From assembly GCA_951406725.2 (NCBI GenBank), contig OX597814.1:100254001-100318000 (forward strand): a DNA stretch of 64,000 nucleotides, given 5' to 3'. Shown here piece after piece: positions 58,406-64,000 of the stretch. The stretch is from Octopus vulgaris (lineage: Eukaryota). Positions within the stretch are counted from its first letter, which is position 1, and every line of letters begins with the position of its first letter. Under the pieces are notes generated by a model. That model was not told the origin of the DNA. It made no database searches and saw only the letters and a list, made by a program, of their open reading frames with translations. A program made the position numbers and the translations under genes.

Positions 58406-58800
58406 TTGTGTGTCTGTGTTTGTCCCCCTAGCATTGCTTGACAACTGATACTGGTGTGTTTACATCCCCGTCACTTAGCGGTTCGGCAAAAGAGACCGAT
58501 AGAATAAGTACTGGGCTTACAAAGAATAAGTCCCGGGGTCGATTTGCTCGACTAAAGGCGGTGCTCCAGCATGGCCGCAGTCAAATGACTGAAACAAGTA
58601 AAAGAGTAAAGAGTATATATATACATGTATCCCCATCATCATTTGGCAACCGATGTTATTGTGTTTAAGTCCCCTTAACTTAGCGGTTCGGGAGAGGGAC
58701 CAATAGAATAAGTTCTAGGCTTACAAGGTAAGAGCTCAATTTGGTCGACTAAAGGCGGTGCACCAGCATGGCTGTAGTCAAATGACTGAAACAAGTAAGA
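57765..58800 (+). mobile_element. Cluster of SINE family A pieces (5' half 57765-57925, full copy 58202-58613, 3' half 58630-58800)
   Basis: Family A head and tail motifs. The arrangement fits an older copy split by insertions in its internal (TA)n. Confidence 0.8.
58045..58082 (+). ncRNA. Hammerhead-like motif (A6U variant) within a ~240-bp pLTR-like insertion (~57930-58168)
   Basis: ccttt-CTGTAGA-a-gagc(gtag)gctc-GAAA-cg-TA-aatgg; followed by (TA)n at 58168. Confidence 0.55.
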
Positions 58801-60235
58801 TATATATATATATATATATACCTATCCATATCTATGATGTCACCGTTTTATTCATGTGTGTTCATCCCGAATGTATTGATTGTGTGTGTGTGTGTATGAC
58901 TCTGTGTGTGTGTGTGTGTGCGTGTGTGTGTGTGTGTATGCATGTTTGTTTGAAAATGTGTATGTACGTACGATTGTATGTATGCATGTATCTACTGCTT
59001 TCAGTAAATCTCGTTTCATCCAGATGTTGCTCTCGTGTTGGATCATCAGTTTCGATGTGGTTATCCGTTCTTTGCATTTTCTCGTTCCCAGTCCTCTTCA
59101 TTCTGTTTGCTTAGGCAAATGAAGTCGTTAAGCAATGCATTTCTTGAAAGTTCTTATTTTCATGCATTCCCCTCTACGCTTTATACATCAGTAAAGTATG
59201 TTGGGCAGAGTAACCATGGCCTTCATTGGTTGTTGTTAGAAATATTACTGATCCATTGACGGTAGAGCTTTCATTGCCTGTTGGGAGTACCTTGTCGCTA
59301 ACATTTTCCTTTCTTTGATGTATACTAATTGATTTCTACTAATTGACGAATATGATGTCCTTGGTTCGTTCTTTATCTCTTTCGCTTATCTTTCGTTTGG
59401 TTATCTCTTCCGCAATTACTACCTTATCACAAATTTGACGGACAAGCCCTCATCCTTCTTTTGCTTTTTCTATCACTCTCCCCGCATCTCTCTCTGTATA
59501 TGTATTTATATGGATCGGATGCCTTGCTGTATTTATTTTGAATCTTTGGTTTCTGAGTTTATATCTTGCTGTGCTTACAAGTAGATGATATACACAAACC
59601 TATGCTATGTTTTAATCAAGTGTCTGAAATCCTGGGTGTTTTGGCGAAGTTCAATTTGTTGCCAGCATTCGCGTCAGGTGTTCAGTTTGAGGGTATCTTT
59701 CACTCCCCGCTTCCCTACTAATCCCCAGGAGACTTGTAGAGAATCATTAAGAATGGTTTCCTTAGAAGGTAATTCACCCTTTTTGGTGCATTTTGGAACA
59801 AGTGAGGAGCCACAACACTGTATCATCGTTGCTGAAAATGGTTAAGTAGATTTTTCTTGAAGAAAGGCTCAAAATTGCCCTGACAGCCGTTCACAACCTG
59901 TACCTGTCAATTTCAGGACGTAAAGCTTTGATTGGTTTAAACTTGCATCAAATCGGATTTAAATTATTAAACTTCCATCTATCAAAGATTTTTCATCATT
60001 TTGTTCAACGACACTGTGTGCGTGTATGTGTGTGTGCGAGTGGGTGTGTGTGTGCATGTGCGTGAATGTGCGTGTATTGTGTGTGAGTTAGTGTGTGTGC
60101 GCGGGCACGTGCGTGAGCTAACAAGTGTGCCTTTTCAGGGTCACTTGCTTGCAAGAAATATCGGCCCAAACCTTTAAATGTATTCTTAAACTAGAAACGC
60201 ACACGTACACACACACATACACGTATATATATATA

Positions 60236-61276
<1,041 letters not shown>

Positions 61277-61370
61277 ATATATGTATATGTATATATATAT
61301 ATATTAATCTCCTTTACTCTTTTACTTGTTTCAGTCATTAGACTGTGGCCATGCTAGAGCACCGCCTCTT

Positions 61371-61416
<46 letters not shown>

Positions 61417-62666
61417 TTTATATATGCATATATACCTATATTATATATGTGTGTATGTATTTATATATATGTATATTTGTGTGTGTATGTGTCTAAAAGA
61501 TACCACCATGCTAGATATAGCAGTCAAAGCTTGACTCAAAAACCACATTAAATCTTCATACAGCACCAAGAGAGAACACAAATCGATAAAATAAACTAGC
61601 AAAAAATTATTCGATAATTCCAGATCCCGGATTTCTGACTTTGCACAAGAAATATTTGCCTCATCAATAGAATACACGCAAATAGTACATAAATACATAT
61701 ATATATATATATAAATACAACATACGAATACTTACATATACGCACGTATGCACACATATATATGCACGTATGCACACGACCAGTTTAAAATGCCCGCCTA
61801 AACCCCACGTGCGATATGGTCAAAATACTAACGCAATATATATATCCATGTCTATTCCTTGTTGTAGCCACAACAAGACACACACCAAACATTCCATTCA
61901 TTTCCCAGCTCAGAGGCGAGCCCCGTTCTATGCTCGGGTCAAGGCATAGAACGCAACCAATAACAGCAACCAGACCCGACAGCATATGCTGCCCCCCCCC
62001 CCAGCCGGATCATGCTGGTTCCGTAAATTTTGAGAAACATCAAATTCACTCATCCGTCCATTTATATGTATGTTGTGTCAGGTCACTTTCGAGTGCTACT
62101 AGTAACATGTAACCCAGTACAACCTGTTGCATGGTCTGGTGGTCGACGACTAAACCGTCAACCCCACCAAGCTTGCTTGATGAGGAGGGTGTTTATTGGA
62201 CACCCTGCGGGATGAAAAACAGAACCCGTCAAAAGGCGGAGGAACTCTTGAGAGTCAAAGGCTATCCAATAAATGTCTTAAGGATGTATCATGTGCGGGG
62301 ACATAGAAATAATCGGACTGAATACCCGATCGCGCAGTTAAACTATTGGGAGTGAAGGACTCCTGGCCTTTGTTAGGGCATCCTTCAGGAGGAGGTAACT
62401 CAGGTAACTGGGATGACTCCTACATAAAACCTGCGGCTCAGTGGTTACCGATGATGTTGACTTGTTCTTCTTTTCGGGTTAAGTCTGCTGTTGCTTAGTG
62501 AGTGGGATTGACTCAGTACACAGCCTTTCCTCACTTAAAAAAAATCTTCTTGCACAGGCATTGCACGATAACAACATTGATTAAGCTTCGTACAATGGCC
62601 ATACTCGATAACGAAGGGGCAGCCACCATGTATGTATGTATGTATGTATGTATGTATGTATGTATG

Positions 62667-62700
<34 letters not shown>

Positions 62701-64000
62701 TGTATATGTATGTATGAATGTATGTATGTATGTAGATAGATAAGGTAACTAGGCAGGCAGGCAGGTAGGTATGTTGGTAGGTAGGTAGGTAGGTAGGTAG
62801 GTAGGTAGGTAGGTAGATAGGCAGACAAGCATGCAGGTAGGTAGGTAGGTACGTACGTACGTACGTATGTAGGGATGTATGCAAAGCATGTTTTATATCA
62901 ATGTATTACCACATTATTAAGCGGCCGATTGACGGCTAATTCAGAGAGAGAGCCTTGTGATATTGCATTCACATTGTTAGTTCAACACAAACCGAAATAA
63001 TCTTTGTCTTTTATTCTCCCGAGTTCGAATCGATATCATAAATACCAGTATAGTACCGAGATCAGTATGTCTGCCTGCCTGTCCCTCCCTCTCTCTCTCT
63101 CTCTCTTTCTCTCTCTCACTTTCTCCTTCCCACACTCTCTTAAAATCAGAGATCTTGAGAGAAACGTACGATGTCACTCACAAAATATTTCCTTTAAGCC
63201 AATCACTACCTATCAAAATTGAAGAACGTGGTCACGGAGGCTCTAAGAGTCTTCCTGCTACATATTGATAATGATGATGATGACAGCAACGACGCTTATA
63301 ATGATGATGTACACAATGATGATTATATATTTAAAAAATCACTACACAACCACCACACAAAATCACGGTGTTTCACTTTCTCTATACAGCGCTTTATATA
63401 CAAATGAATTAAATTCTTCTCTGGTCAAACCGTCTATTTATCTCCTGTTCCATTTGAAGCTGTATATTTTTTCCTCGTCTTTCTTCCTATCGATTTACTT
63501 ATTTATTTATATATTTACTTACTCACTTTTTTTCCCATTTCATTTTATTTTCCAATACCCACTCTGTTGCTAAAATCGATTATCGATGTTCGCTGTTAAA
63601 TATTATTATTTTTATAGTTATTCATTTATTTTGTTGTATTGTCACATAGGTTGTCATTGCTGTTTCTTCAGGGTTTCATTTTGTTTTATTATTGATAGAC
63701 CGTTCCTTGCTATATTATTTTGTACTAGATATTTTTTTTATATATCCTTTTTCGTTGTTATTGACTATTATTTATTTACTTACTTCTATTGTTATTTCTC
63801 TTGTTGCTATTTTTGCCTTGGTTTGTTTCGGTAGTCATTAAATGCTCTCGTTGGTCACGTAGTATATTATCAAACGTTGTTATTGTCAGCCATATTATTG
63901 TTCTTGAGGGAGATTTTTATAGCTAATTCTGTGGCTGGTGTGTCCAGTTTGTGTTGTTATTTCTTTTTTGTGTGTGTGTTATTGATGTCACCGTTGTTAT

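Noticed and set aside
61784-62630. GC-richer non-microsatellite segment, possibly a LINE 5' UTR or other repeat
   Set aside because: No second copy in the window and no diagnostic motif or credible ORF.

Overview
Eukaryotic, AT-rich, microsatellite-saturated DNA; the SINE families and repeat landscape look like an octopus (coleoid cephalopod) genome, which is an inference. The only host coding sequence I can support is one minus-strand exon of an Iroquois (Irx) homeobox gene at 6564-6854; neither its homeodomain exon nor a canonical first exon was found here. The rest is intron or gene desert with four tRNA-derived SINE families, Tc1/mariner, Helitron and L1/Tx1 relics, and two Penelope-like elements (PLEs): a 5'-truncated one with an uninterrupted RT+GIY-YIG ORF, and a decayed Naiad-like one. 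The most notable signal is a set of hammerhead-ribozyme (HHR) elements sitting in (TA)n microsatellites. It includes a non-coding 3 x 536-bp tandem array with one canonical type I HHR per unit (retrozyme-like), a 158-bp palindrome with an HHR on each strand, a U3-A8 covariant HHR in the PLE 3' end, and two more degenerate HHRs. Four (TA)n insertions share the same inverted-3'-end-plus-extension architecture. Almost all other ORFs in the track are microsatellite translations. Everything was read by eye; no searches or folding programs were run.
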